Shown here piece by piece: positions 29,564 to 40,147 of a stretch of DNA of 64,000 nucleotides; position 1 is the stretch's first letter; the number at the start of each line of letters is the position of its first letter. This stretch comes from Polyangiales bacterium. GTDB taxonomy: Bacteria; Myxococcota_A; Polyangia; Polyangiales; Polyangiaceae. A program made the position numbers and the translations under genes. Location: NCBI GenBank assembly GCA_038230375.1, contig JBBRNJ010000012.1, positions 70,636 to 134,635 of the forward strand. The letters run 5' to 3'. The notes under the pieces are model-generated. The model had not been told where the DNA came from and ran no database searches. It worked only from the letters and a program-made list of their open reading frames with translations.

Positions 29564-32500
29564 CTACTCCGCTGCCGGAGCGGGGGGCGGTAGATCCACT
29601 GTTCGGGCCCCGGCACGCTCCTGCCCGGTCGGCGGCTTCTTCGTCCGCGTGAGCTTGCTCAGCGCGAGATAGATGACAGGCGTGGTGAAGAGCGTGAGCG
29701 CTTGCGACACGATGAGTCCTCCGACGATCGAGATGCCGAGGGGGCGACGCAGCTCCGCGCCCATGCCCGTTCCGAACGCGAGCGGCAACGCACCAAGCAA
29801 CGCGGCGAGCGTGGTCATGATGATCGGACGGAAGCGCAGCACGCACGCGTCGTAGACGGCCTTCTCGGGCAGCTCTCCGTGGTCGCGCTCCAGCTCGATC
29901 GCGAAGTCGACCATCATGATCGCGTTCTTCTTCACGATGCCTATGAGCAGGATGATGCCGATGATGGCGATGATGGAGAGCTCGGTGCCGCTGATCTGAA
30001 GCGCCAGCAACGCGCCAAGGCCCGCGGATGGGAGCGTGGAGAGGATGGTGATGGGATGCACGTAGCTCTCGTAGAGGATGCCCAGCACGACGTAGACCGC
30101 GATGAGCGCCGTCAGGATGAGCCAGGGCTCGCTCTTGAGCGATGCCTGGAAGGCCTGCGCCGTGCCCTGGAAGGAGCCTCGTACGCTCGCTGGCATGCCT
30201 ATCTCGCGCTCCGCGTCACCGATCTGCTTGATGGCGTCGGAGAGCGAGCGCCCAGGTGCCAGGTTGAAGGAGAGCGTCACGCTCGGGAACTGGCTCTGGT
30301 GGTTCACCGCGAGCGGCGTGAGTGACCGTCTGGTCTTCGCGAACGTGGACAGCGGCGCGAGCCCGTTCCCGCTGGTCCGCACGTAGACCCTGTCGAGCGC
30401 GTCCGGAGTGCCCAGGTACTGCGGCAGCACCTCCATCACGACACGGTACTGATTCAGCTCCGTGAACATGGTGGCGACCTGACGCTGCCCGAAGGCGTCG
30501 TAGAGGGTGTCGTCCACGGCGGCGGGCGTTACCCCCATGCGCGAGGCGGTGTCGCGGTCGATGTCGACGTCCAGCTCCAGCCCAGCCGCCTGCATGTCGG
30601 TGTTGGCGTCCTTCACATCCGGGATCTTCCGCATGCGCGCGAGCAGCTGGGGCGCCCACGTGCGCAGGTCGTCCAGGTTCGCGGACTGCAGCGTGTACTG
30701 GTACTGCGTGCGCCCGCCGCGCCCACCCACGCGGAGGTCCTGCGCGGCCTGCATGAAGCAGTTGATGCCCTCCACCTTGCCGAGCTTCGGGCGAAGGCGC
30801 GCGATGATCTCGTCCGCCGAAACCTTGCGACCCGGCTTGGGTTTGAGGTCCATGAACACGCTGCCCGCGTTTCCCCCACCGCCAGGACCACCGCCGATGA
30901 ACGAGACGAAGTGCCCGATGTCGGGGTCCTGGTCGACGATGGCGTTGACGCGCTCCTGGCGCGCCTTCATCTCTGCGAACGAGACGTCCTGCGGCGCCTC
31001 GGTGAAGGCCATGATCAGGCCGTTGTCCTGCTGTGGGAACAGGCCCTTCGGCGTGACCCAGAAGAGCCAGATGGTGAGAGCCACCACCGCGAGCGTCACC
31101 AGCTGGGAGACCAGGCGGAACCGGAGCACCACGCGCAGGATGGCGGCGTAGACGTCGCGCATGCCGTTGAACAGCCACTCCGTGGCCCTGTAGAAGACGC
31201 CGTGCGCCTCTTGGGTCTCGGCGCGCAGCAGCTTTGCGCACATCATGGGCGTCAGGGTCAGCGAGACGACCGCCGACAGCGCGACGGCCACGCTGAGCGT
31301 GACGGCGAACTCGCGGAAGAGCATGCCGACCACGCCGCCCATGAGGAGGATCGGGATGAAGACAGCGAGCAGCGACACCGTGATGGAGACGATGGTGAAC
31401 CCGATCTGCTTCGCGCCCTTCACAGCGGCCTCGCGCGGCGTGTCCCCCAGCTCGATGAAGCGGGCGATGTTCTCCGTGACGACGATGGCGTCGTCCACCA
31501 CGAACCCCGTGGAGATGGTGAGCGCCATGAGCGACAGGTTGTCGACGCTGTAGCCCAGCAGATACATCACGCCGAACGTGCCCAGGAGCGAGAGGGGCAC
31601 CGCGACGCTTGGAATGGCCGTGGCGCGAAGGGTGCGCAGGAAGAAGAAGACCACGAAGATGACGAGGCCAACGGAGATGAGCAGCGTGTGCTCCACGTCC
31701 GCCACGGAGCCGCGGATGGTCTGGGTGCGGTCCAGCGCAACGTTGATGTCGATGGCCTGCGAGACGCTGGTGCGCAGCGTGGGGATGAGGGCGCGCACGC
31801 GTTCGTTGGTCTCGATGATGTTTGCGCCAGGTTGCCGGCGAATGATGAGCGTGACGGCTCGCTTCGTGTCCATCCACGCGGCAACGCGGTTGTTCTCCAC
31901 GTCGTCCGTGACGCGTGCAACGTCCTCGACGCGGACGGTGCCCTTCTGCGTGGTGCTCGCAAGGACGAGCCTCTTGTAGTTCGCGGCCCCGAAGAGCTGA
32001 TCGTTCGCGCCGACCATCACCTGCGACGACGCCCCGGCAATGGAGCCTTTCGGACCGTTCGCCGTGGCCTGCGAGAGCACGCTGCGTACGTCCTCGAGCG
32101 AGAGCCCCAGCCCGGCGAGCACCACCGGGTCCACCTGAACCCGCACGGCCGGCGACTGCCCGCCACCGACGAAGACCTGACCCACGCCCGAGGTCTGGGA
32201 GATCTTCTGCGCGAGGATGGTGTTCGCCGCGTCGAAGATGGCGGACAGCGGCACCGTCTCGCTGGTGAGCGAGAGGATCATGATGGGCGAGTCGGACGGG
32301 TTCACCTTCCGGTACGTGGGTCGGAACGGCAGGCCCGGCGGGAGCTCCCCGCCCGCCGCGGCAATGGCCGCTTGCACGTCACGCGCGGCCGAGTCCACGT
32401 CGCGTGTGATGTCGAACTGAAGCGTGATCTGCGTGGACCCCATCGATGACGACGACGTGATCTCCGTGACGCCAGCGATGCGTCCGAAGCGCCGCTCGAG

Positions 32501-32698
32501 CGGCGTCGCAACCGACGAGGCCATGGTCTCCGGGCTGGCACCCGGGAGATTGGCGGACACCTGGATCGTGGGAAAATCAAGCTGCGGAAGCGGCGAGACC
32601 GGCAGGTTGAAATACGCCAGAAAGCCAGACAGCAAGAGCGCCGCGGCAAGGAGGGAGGTCGCGATGGGCCTCTTGATGAAGGGAAGCGAGATGGTCAC
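29564..32698 (-). CDS. mdtC: RND efflux permease, MdtC-like
   Basis: PFIKRPIAT, GFVVDDAIVV, IGIVKKNAIMMVDFA, RFRPIIMTT; GTG start overlaps the mdtB stop. Confidence 0.88.
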   Translation of the reverse strand: MTISLPFIKRPIATSLLAAALLLSGFLAYFNLPVSPLPQLDFPTIQVSANLPGASPETMASSVATPLERRFGRIAGVTEITSSSSMGSTQITLQFDITRDVDSAARDVQAAIAAAGGELPPGLPFRPTYRKVNPSDSPIMILSLTSETVPLSAIFDAANTILAQKISQTSGVGQVFVGGGQSPAVRVQVDPVVLAGLGLSLEDVRSVLSQATANGPKGSIAGASSQVMVGANDQLFGAANYKRLVLASTTQKGTVRVEDVARVTDDVENNRVAAWMDTKRAVTLIIRRQPGANIIETNERVRALIPTLRTSVSQAIDINVALDRTQTIRGSVADVEHTLLISVGLVIFVVFFFLRTLRATAIPSVAVPLSLLGTFGVMYLLGYSVDNLSLMALTISTGFVVDDAIVVTENIARFIELGDTPREAAVKGAKQIGFTIVSITVSLLAVFIPILLMGGVVGMLFREFAVTLSVAVALSAVVSLTLTPMMCAKLLRAETQEAHGVFYRATEWLFNGMRDVYAAILRVVLRFRLVSQLVTLAVVALTIWLFWVTPKGLFPQQDNGLIMAFTEAPQDVSFAEMKARQERVNAIVDQDPDIGHFVSFIGGGPGGGGNAGSVFMDLKPKPGRKVSADEIIARLRPKLGKVEGINCFMQAAQDLRVGGRGGRTQYQYTLQSANLDDLRTWAPQLLARMRKIPDVKDANTDMQAAGLELDVDIDRDTASRMGVTPAAVDDTLYDAFGQRQVATMFTELNQYRVVMEVLPQYLGTPDALDRVYVRTSGNGLAPLSTFAKTRRSLTPLAVNHQSQFPSVTLSFNLAPGRSLSDAIKQIGDAEREIGMPASVRGSFQGTAQAFQASLKSEPWLILTALIAVYVVLGILYESYVHPITILSTLPSAGLGALLALQISGTELSIIAIIGIILLIGIVKKNAIMMVDFAIELERDHGELPEKAVYDACVLRFRPIIMTTLAALLGALPLAFGTGMGAELRRPLGISIVGGLIVSQALTLFTTPVIYLALSKLTRTKKPPTGQERAGARTVDLPPPAPAAE

Positions 32699-35600
32699 GG
32701 CAGCGCGGTCGCCTCCGCGCGCGGTTCGTCCTTTCGGCCAGTGAGGAACCTGCCCACCTTCACCATCGCGAGATACACGACGGGCGTGGTGTAGAGCGTG
32801 AGCACCTGCGAGATGATGAGACCGCCGACGATGGTGATGCCGAGCGGTCGCCGCAGCTCCGCGCCGGTGCCAGTGCCGAGCGCGAGCGGCAGTCCGCCGA
32901 GCAGCGCCGCCATGGTGGTCATCATGATCGGCCGGAAGCGGAGCAGGCACGCCTGGTGAATGGCCTCGAGCGGCGACAGGCCCTGATCACGCTCTGCCTC
33001 CAGCGCAAAGTCGATCATCATGATCGCGTTTTTCTTCACGATACCTATGAGCAAGATGATCCCTATCAGCGCGATGACGCTGAACTCCTCGCGCAGGAGG
33101 ATGAGCGCCAGGAATGCGCCCACGCCGGCAGACGGCAGGGACGACAGGATCGTGATCGGGTGGATGTAGCTCTCGTAGAGCACGCCGAGCACGATGTAGA
33201 CGGTGATGAGCGCAGCCAGGATGAGCAGGGGCTCGCTCTGCAGCGACGTCTGGAACGCGCTTGCGGCGCCCTGGAAATTCGCGTGCAGACCCGGCGGCAA
33301 CCCCATGGTCGCCTCGGTCGCGCGGATCTTGGTGACGGCGTCTCCCAGCGACACACCGGGCGCCGTGTCGAACGAGATCGTGGCCGCCGGGAACTGCCCC
33401 TGGTGCGCAACAGAGAGCTGCGTGGTCTGCGGCGTCATCAGGCAGAACGCGGAGAGCGGGACCTGATCACCCGTGTTCGATCGAACGTAGAGGTTCTGAA
33501 GGACGCTCGGGTCCTTCGCGAGCTCCGGCTTCACCTCCAGGATGACGCGATACAAGTTCAGCTGCGTGAAGATGGTGGAGACCTGGCGCTGCCCGAACGC
33601 GTCGTAGAGCGTGTCGTCGATCATCTGCGGCGAGATGCCAAGCCGGGACGCCGTGTCGCGATCGATCGTGACCGACATCTGCTGGCCCCCGTTCTGCGCG
33701 TCGCTCGCCACGCCACGGAGCTCCGGCACCGTCCGAAGCTTCTCGACAAGTCGCGGCGCCCACTCCGCGAGCTCGCGCGCGTCGGCGTCCTCCAGCGTGT
33801 ACTGGTACTGCGTGCGGCTGGTGCGACTGTCGATCTGGAGATCCTGTACGGACTGCAGGTAGACCGACACGCCCGTCACCTCGTTCAGCTTCGGCGCAAG
33901 GCGCCGCATGATCTCGTCCGCAGACGCCCTCCGCACGGCGCGCGGCGTGAGCGAGATGCTGAGGCGCCCCGTATTGGCCGTGGCGTTGCTCCCGTCCACA
34001 CCAATGAACGAAGCAACGGTCGCGACGTCGGGATCTCCAAGGAGCACGTTCGCAACGTTCTCCTGCAGCGCGGACATGTGCTGGAAGGAGACCTCGGGCG
34101 CGGCCTCCGTCACGCCCACGATCATCCCGGTGTCCTGCGAGGGAAAGAATCCCTTCGGCACGATCCACGCGAGCAGCCCCGTGATCACCAGCGTCGCGAA
34201 CGTCGCGACGAGCGTGGTTCGCTGATGACCCAGCACCCACCGCAGGCCCCCTGCGTAGAGGGAGAGCATCCCGTCGAACGCGCGCTCGCTCGCGCGGTAG
34301 AGCATGCCTCGCTCGGCCGCCTTGGGCTCAGGTGCCAGGAGGTGCGCGCACATCATCGGCGTGAGCGTGAGCGAGAGGATCGCGGAGACGAAGATCGCAG
34401 CTGCAAGCGTCACCGCGAACTCGCGGAAGAGGCGACCGATGATGCCGCCCATGAACAAGAGCGGGATGAGCACGCACACGAGCGACACCGTCAAGGAGAC
34501 GATGGTGAACCCGATCTGCTTCGCGCCCTTGCGCGCGGCGTCGAACGGCGTGTAGCCCTCCTCGATGTAGCGCGCGATGTTCTCGATCATCACGATCGCG
34601 TCGTCCACCACGAAGCCCGTGGAGATGGTGAGCGCCATGAGCGACAGGTTGTTCAGGCTGTAGCCTGCGATCCACATCACACCAAACGTGCCCACCAGCG
34701 ACAGCGGGACCGCGATGCTGGGAATCGCCGTTGCCCGCAAATTACGCAGGAACGCGAAGATGACGAGCACGACCAGGCCGATGGTGAGGACCAGCGTGAA
34801 CTCCACGTCCTCGACCGATGCGCGCACCGTCTCCGTGCGGTCCGACAGCACCGCCACGTCGATGCCCTGCGGCAGAGCGGCCTTGAGCTGCACGAGCAGC
34901 GCCTTCACGCGCTCCGCGACCTCGATCACGTTGGCCCCGGGCTGCCTCTGCACGTTCAGGATGACGGCGCGCTTCTTCCCCGCCCATCCGGCGAGCTGCG
35001 CGTTCTCTACGGAGTCCTCCACGCGCGCGATCTCCGACATGCGGATCGCGGCGCCGCTCTTGTACGCCACGATGACGGACCTGAAGGCCTTCGCGTCATA
35101 GAGCTGGTCGTTCGTGGCGAGCGTGAAGCTCTGCTTCGGTCCGTCCAGCGTGCCCTTGGGCTGGTTCACGTTCGCCGACACGATGGCGGCGCGCACGTCC
35201 TCCAGCGAGAGGCCTGCGCCGGCGAGCGCGCGCGGATCGGCCTGTACGCGCACGGCGGGCTTCTGTCCCCCGTTCAACGTGACCAGGCCCACGCCGGACA
35301 CCTGCGAGATCTTCTGCGCGAGGATGGAGTCCGCGTAGTCGTCCACCTGTCGGATCGGCATGCTCTCGGAGCTCACGGCGAGCGTGATGATCGGCGTGTC
35401 GGCGGGGTTCGACTTGGAGTACGTGGGCGGCGTGGGCAACGTGCGTGGGAGCAAGCTGGAGGCCGCGTTGATGGCCGCCTGCACGTCCTGCTCGGCCGCG
35501 TCGATGTTGCGTTCAAGGCTGAATTGCAGCGTGATCTGCGAGCTCCCGAACGACGACAGCGAGGTCATCTGCGCAAGCGCGGGGATCTGACCGAACTGTC

Positions 35601-35871
35601 GCTCGAGCGGCGTCGTGACGGCCGACGTCATCGTGTCCGCGCTCGCGCCCGGCAGGTACGTGGACACGACGATGGTCGGGTAGTCCACCTGCGGGAGCGC
35701 GGAGACCGGGAGGCCCAGGTACGCAAGCAGGCCCGCGAGCAACAGACCGAACATGAGCAACGTCGTCGCGACGGGCCGTTTGATGAACGGGTCCGAGATG
35801 CTCGCGCTCGCCGGATCGTTGCCGCCAGCCTCCGATGCGCCCGAGAGATGCGGAGGAACGCTCTGGCTCAC
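32695..35871 (-). CDS. mdtB: RND efflux permease, MdtB-like
   Basis: PFIKRPVATTLLM, ALPQVDYPTI, GFVVDDAIVMIENI, RFRPIMMTT. Confidence 0.88.
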   Translation of the reverse strand: MSQSVPPHLSGASEAGGNDPASASISDPFIKRPVATTLLMFGLLLAGLLAYLGLPVSALPQVDYPTIVVSTYLPGASADTMTSAVTTPLERQFGQIPALAQMTSLSSFGSSQITLQFSLERNIDAAEQDVQAAINAASSLLPRTLPTPPTYSKSNPADTPIITLAVSSESMPIRQVDDYADSILAQKISQVSGVGLVTLNGGQKPAVRVQADPRALAGAGLSLEDVRAAIVSANVNQPKGTLDGPKQSFTLATNDQLYDAKAFRSVIVAYKSGAAIRMSEIARVEDSVENAQLAGWAGKKRAVILNVQRQPGANVIEVAERVKALLVQLKAALPQGIDVAVLSDRTETVRASVEDVEFTLVLTIGLVVLVIFAFLRNLRATAIPSIAVPLSLVGTFGVMWIAGYSLNNLSLMALTISTGFVVDDAIVMIENIARYIEEGYTPFDAARKGAKQIGFTIVSLTVSLVCVLIPLLFMGGIIGRLFREFAVTLAAAIFVSAILSLTLTPMMCAHLLAPEPKAAERGMLYRASERAFDGMLSLYAGGLRWVLGHQRTTLVATFATLVITGLLAWIVPKGFFPSQDTGMIVGVTEAAPEVSFQHMSALQENVANVLLGDPDVATVASFIGVDGSNATANTGRLSISLTPRAVRRASADEIMRRLAPKLNEVTGVSVYLQSVQDLQIDSRTSRTQYQYTLEDADARELAEWAPRLVEKLRTVPELRGVASDAQNGGQQMSVTIDRDTASRLGISPQMIDDTLYDAFGQRQVSTIFTQLNLYRVILEVKPELAKDPSVLQNLYVRSNTGDQVPLSAFCLMTPQTTQLSVAHQGQFPAATISFDTAPGVSLGDAVTKIRATEATMGLPPGLHANFQGAASAFQTSLQSEPLLILAALITVYIVLGVLYESYIHPITILSSLPSAGVGAFLALILLREEFSVIALIGIILLIGIVKKNAIMMIDFALEAERDQGLSPLEAIHQACLLRFRPIMMTTMAALLGGLPLALGTGTGAELRRPLGITIVGGLIISQVLTLYTTPVVYLAMVKVGRFLTGRKDEPRAEATALP

Positions 35872-37112
35872 GGCGCCGGGCTCGCCGAGGACTGCGGTCG
35901 TGTCGACACGCGGCTTCCGGGCGCGAGCTGGCTCTGACCGTCCGTGATGACCTTCTCGCCTGCGCGCAGGCCCTTCGCGATGAGGGCGATCTCGCCTTGC
36001 ATCGAGTCAATCTCGCACGGGCGCGGCTGCGCGGTGCCGTCGTCGCCCATGACGTAGACGAACGTTCCGCTGGGGCCCCGCTGGATCGCAGGCGCGGGCA
36101 CGACAATCGCGCCCTTCCTGGTGGTGACGACAAGGCGCGCCTTCACGAACTCGTTCGGCCACAGCGCGCGGTCGGGGTTCGCGAACGTGGCCTTCAGGCG
36201 GATCGTCGCCGTGGTCGTGTTGATCTGGTTGTCGATGACGAGCAGCTCGCCCTTGCCGAGCTTCGTGGTGCCGTCGCGGGCGTAGGCCTCCACGACCAGC
36301 GGAGCCTCCTTCTGCTTCTGGGCGATCTTCGGGAGATCGTCCTCCGGGAGCGTGAAGAGGACAGCGATCGGATCGAGCTGCGTGAGCACGACGATGCCCG
36401 TGGCATCCGACGCGTGCACGACGTTGCCCTGATCGACCATGCGCACGCCCGTCACGCCGTCGATGGGCGACACGATGCGCGCGTACTCGATGTTCAACCT
36501 GGCGGCGTCCACTGTTGCCTGGTCCTGTCGCACCTGCGCCATCAGCTGCGCGGTCTGTGCATGCTGGTCCGTCAGCTGCTGCTCGGAGACGAGCTTCTGC
36601 TCCAGGAGCTTCTGGTAGCGGCCTTCGTTCAGTCGCGCGTTGTCGAGGAGGGCCTGATCCCTGGCCAGCACGGCCTCTGCGTTGCGCTGCGCGATGGCGA
36701 ACGGGCGCGCATCCACGAGCGCGAGCACGTCGCCCTTCTTCACGTTCTGGCCCTCCTTGAACAGGACCTGGTCCAGACGTCCGTCTATCTGCGTCTTCAC
36801 CGTGACGGTCGCAAGCGGCAGCACGTTGCCGAGGCCCTCGAGGACGATGGGGACATCCTTCGCCTCCGCGATCGCAACCGTGACGGGTATCACGCGGGCC
36901 GCCGAGCCAGATGCCGCGGGCGCGCCGCCTGCGCCAAGCCCCGCGGGCGCCTGGGTACGCACACGCACCAGCCATGCAACGCCACCAACGGCAACGATCG
37001 CGAGCACGATGCCGATGACGCGCCCCACGCCACCGCGCTTCGACTGCGTCGCGACAGGAACAGCGTCGTACGGTTGGTTCGGCTTCTGGTTGTGATCGGG
37101 AGTCATGGTCAC
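35868..37112 (-). CDS. mdtA: RND periplasmic adaptor, MdtA-like
   Basis: N-terminal TM; GQNVKKGD, SPIDGVTG, IDNQINTTTATIRLKA, LWPNEFV. Confidence 0.9.
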   Translation of the reverse strand: MTMTPDHNQKPNQPYDAVPVATQSKRGGVGRVIGIVLAIVAVGGVAWLVRVRTQAPAGLGAGGAPAASGSAARVIPVTVAIAEAKDVPIVLEGLGNVLPLATVTVKTQIDGRLDQVLFKEGQNVKKGDVLALVDARPFAIAQRNAEAVLARDQALLDNARLNEGRYQKLLEQKLVSEQQLTDQHAQTAQLMAQVRQDQATVDAARLNIEYARIVSPIDGVTGVRMVDQGNVVHASDATGIVVLTQLDPIAVLFTLPEDDLPKIAQKQKEAPLVVEAYARDGTTKLGKGELLVIDNQINTTTATIRLKATFANPDRALWPNEFVKARLVVTTRKGAIVVPAPAIQRGPSGTFVYVMGDDGTAQPRPCEIDSMQGEIALIAKGLRAGEKVITDGQSQLAPGSRVSTRPQSSASPAP

Positions 37113-38476
37113 CGCCGACCCAGGGCCGAGAGGAGCTGCGCGCGTGCGCTCGAGAGGGTGAACTGCGCCGAGATGAGCGTTGCGTCGGCGTTGGTCTTCA
37201 CCACCTGCGCGTCGCCGAGCTCGATGATCGTGCCCACACCCTGCGTGTACCGGCCTTCGGCAAGACGAAGACGCTCGTTCGCGTTCACGCGCGCCTCGTC
37301 CGCGGCGGCGATCGTGGCCTTTGCGCCCCTCACGGAGAGCCACGCGCTCTCGACGTCGTAGCGGATCTGCAATCGCTCCGCCTCATGCGCCGCAGCGGTG
37401 ACGTCGATGTTCGCCTCGGCCTCGCGGACCTGTCCGCGCGTGATTCCGCCCTGAAAAATAGGCCAGCTGGCGACGGCGCCCACGTTCCACGCGGGCACCA
37501 GTGAGTCGGCGCTGAGCCCGCTCGCGGAGGCGCCGGCCTGCGCGCTCAGCGTGGGAAAGAAGGCGCCGTGGAGGCCCTTGAGCGTGAGCTCGTTCGCCTC
37601 GCGCTGGCGCATCAACGCGGCGAGCTCGGGTCGCTCGGCGGTCGCGCGCGTGACCAGTTGCTCGAGCGGGAGGTCCTCGCCGTCTATCGGGGGGAGCTCC
37701 TCGTCCGCGACGTCGAACTCGCGCTCCACGCCGCCGACCGATTGCGAGAGCTGCGCCTTCGCGATCTCGTATGCGTTCTGCGAGGTCACGAGCTGCACGC
37801 GCGCGTTCGCCACGTCGCTCTTCGCCTGCGCCAGGTCGATCTCCGGGCGCGTGCCCACGCTCACGAAACCCAGGACCTGCTTCGTGTGCTTCTCGTTGTT
37901 GGAGAGCGTCTCCACCGCCACCTGGATGAGCGCCTTCTGCGCCCGCGCAAGGAAGAACGCACGCCGCACATTCACCAGCACGGACAGCTCGGTCGCGCGC
38001 TCGCTCTCGCGCAGCGATTCGGCCTGGCTGCCCGCAGCCTCGAATTTGCGGTAGTTCACGCCAAAATCCCACAGCAGCTGCGTGGCCGTCGCGTTGAACG
38101 AGAAGATGTCGTACTCGCTCCTGGGCGCGGAGCTTCCGGCGCTGGTCGCTCCTGCGCTCGTAGGGGCTCCATGCGCGCCGTACGCGTGCAGCACGCTCGC
38201 GGTCCCGCCGACCTGCGGGAGCATGGGCGCACGCGCCTGATCCTTGCGACCCAGCTGCGCCTCGACCTGCGCGCGCGCAGTGAGCAGCGCCGGCTGCTTT
38301 CGAATCGCAATGCGAAGCGCGTCCTCGAGCCGCAGCATGTCACCGCGGGGCTCGACGGCGCCGCCAGCGGGCGCGCCCCATGTGCTCGGCGTTGCGCCCG
38401 CGGGGCTGCTGGTTGCCGGCGCAGCGACGGGCGCGGCTTGCATCGGGATGGTGAGCAGTAGGGCGAGGGAGTGCAT
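37109..38476 (-). CDS. TolC family outer membrane efflux protein (start 38476 or 38560)
   Basis: LRLEDALRIA, LLWDFG, ERPEL, RYTQGVGTIIELGDAQ. Confidence 0.88.
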   Translation of the reverse strand: MHSLALLLTIPMQAAPVAAPATSSPAGATPSTWGAPAGGAVEPRGDMLRLEDALRIAIRKQPALLTARAQVEAQLGRKDQARAPMLPQVGGTASVLHAYGAHGAPTSAGATSAGSSAPRSEYDIFSFNATATQLLWDFGVNYRKFEAAGSQAESLRESERATELSVLVNVRRAFFLARAQKALIQVAVETLSNNEKHTKQVLGFVSVGTRPEIDLAQAKSDVANARVQLVTSQNAYEIAKAQLSQSVGGVEREFDVADEELPPIDGEDLPLEQLVTRATAERPELAALMRQREANELTLKGLHGAFFPTLSAQAGASASGLSADSLVPAWNVGAVASWPIFQGGITRGQVREAEANIDVTAAAHEAERLQIRYDVESAWLSVRGAKATIAAADEARVNANERLRLAEGRYTQGVGTIIELGDAQVVKTNADATLISAQFTLSSARAQLLSALGRR

Positions 38477-38552
38477 GCAGAGTGGGGAATGGCGCGGCTC
38501 GACGGTAGCTGTCCGAAGAGGTGTAGTCACCTCCGCTGGCGACCGCGAATCG

Positions 38553-40145
38553 TCAGTCACCGAGATACAGCTTCAGGGCGCCCGCGGCGGCGCGCCGGTC
38601 GAAGGTGATGTCCTTCAGCTCGTCGCGGTGGCCGATTCGCTCGAAGAGCTCCGTGAGGAACACGTAGAAGTTCTCGGCCTCGTGGATGGCGTGCTCCAGC
38701 CGCTGCGGGTCGAGCAGGTCGGACTCCGAGAGCGCGGACAGCGCGGAGAGGAACGGATCGATGCGCGGATAGTCGGCCGAGCGGAGGAGCGGGTAGCCCA
38801 TCGCGTTGAAGTACGAGAGGAACTCGCGCACGAACTGGATCGAAGACGCACCGGTCCAGCGCTCCTCTCCGCTCTCCGCCGCTGTGGCCTTCACGCCGAA
38901 TGCGCGGACGATCTGCGAGAACATCCACACGTCACGCCGCAGCCGCTCCGACAGCGCGCGCTTCGAGGCCAGGTCGTCGAACAGGCCTTGCTCGTCCAGC
39001 CGCGCGCCGAGCGACTTTCCGAGCACCAGGATCGCGTTCTGGATGGCCGGGCGCAGGTTTGCCGCGACGTGCGTGGCAGCGGTCCGGAGCTGCTCGGGCG
39101 TGGGCGCGGTGATGGGAGAGGGGAAATCGTGCTCGAACGCGCGCCGCATCTCGAGGCGCAGGTTCGCCGAGATGCCGCCCAGCGTGCCCTTGATGCCGAT
39201 GAGCCGGTGCCCCTCCAGGAGGAGTGAGTCGTACCGCTCTGCCATCTGCGACGCCGGGACCTTGAAGAGCTCGCGCTCGTAGCTGTCCGCCAGGTGCGCG
39301 CCGGCGCGTTGCCGCAGATGACCCGTGAGCGCGCGCGCATCCGACCGGAGCACCGATAGCACGAGGTACACGATGCCAATGCCGCGCCGCTCGCGCGCCA
39401 CCTGCTCGATCAGCGAGAGGTAGCGGAGCATGCGGAACAGCGAGAGGAACGTGAGCGCAACAAGGCGCCGGCCCTGCTCGCCCGGGACCTGCCGCATCAG
39501 CTCCAGCACACGCGGGTTCGTGATGCGGTCGAACTCGGGACGGAACTCCAGCGCGGAGAGCGGATTGAAGAACGCGGATTGGCTCACCTCACGGTGCGCA
39601 ACGGACATCAGGGCAAAGAACAGGCGAAACGGCACGCGCGGGAGGCGTGAGGTGCCGTTCACGACCTCGAGCAGGTACGTCATCCCGTGGCGCATCACGA
39701 AGAGCGACTCCTCGGGTGTGTCCTGCGTGATCGCGGCCTTCACGAGCTTCGTGCGTGCGCCGTCGTCCGGGAGCAGCGTCTCCAGATAGCGCTGGAACAC
39801 GAACGCCTTGTCGTGTTCGGCGAGCAAGTTGCGCGTCAGTCCCACGATCTTGCCGATGCCGTCGCGCACGAGCACGAGCGGCTCCTTGTAGTCCTGCGCG
39901 ACGATCGCCGTGCGCCGTGGCGGCCCCGGATGGTTGCGCGGGTTCGCGAAGCACGCGAGTCCCTTCAGCAGGATCTCGAGCTCGAAGAGGTAGTCCTCCT
40001 TTTGATCGAGCTCCAGCTTGTAGAACCACGCATCGCGCGCGTTCTGTTGCTCGCGGCGAAGGCCACGCGTGTCGCGCAGCAGCTCGCCATACGGATCGGG
40101 CGCAACGGAACGCGCCGGAACACTGCGCGGCGGCCCGCTCTGCAT
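38553..40145 (-). CDS. Soluble helical hypothetical protein (530 aa)
   Basis: Long ORF with globular composition, starting 2 bp after the TrmB-like stop; no family motif recognised. Confidence 0.8.
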   Translation of the reverse strand: MQSGPPRSVPARSVAPDPYGELLRDTRGLRREQQNARDAWFYKLELDQKEDYLFELEILLKGLACFANPRNHPGPPRRTAIVAQDYKEPLVLVRDGIGKIVGLTRNLLAEHDKAFVFQRYLETLLPDDGARTKLVKAAITQDTPEESLFVMRHGMTYLLEVVNGTSRLPRVPFRLFFALMSVAHREVSQSAFFNPLSALEFRPEFDRITNPRVLELMRQVPGEQGRRLVALTFLSLFRMLRYLSLIEQVARERRGIGIVYLVLSVLRSDARALTGHLRQRAGAHLADSYERELFKVPASQMAERYDSLLLEGHRLIGIKGTLGGISANLRLEMRRAFEHDFPSPITAPTPEQLRTAATHVAANLRPAIQNAILVLGKSLGARLDEQGLFDDLASKRALSERLRRDVWMFSQIVRAFGVKATAAESGEERWTGASSIQFVREFLSYFNAMGYPLLRSADYPRIDPFLSALSALSESDLLDPQRLEHAIHEAENFYVFLTELFERIGHRDELKDITFDRRAAAGALKLYLGD

Positions 40146-40147
40146 GG

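Noticed and set aside
32956..35937. 993-aa plus-strand ORF and similar long antisense ORFs (e.g. 1886-4339, 62152-63903)
   Set aside because: Shadow ORFs opposite well-supported genes, expected in high-GC DNA; no family motifs.
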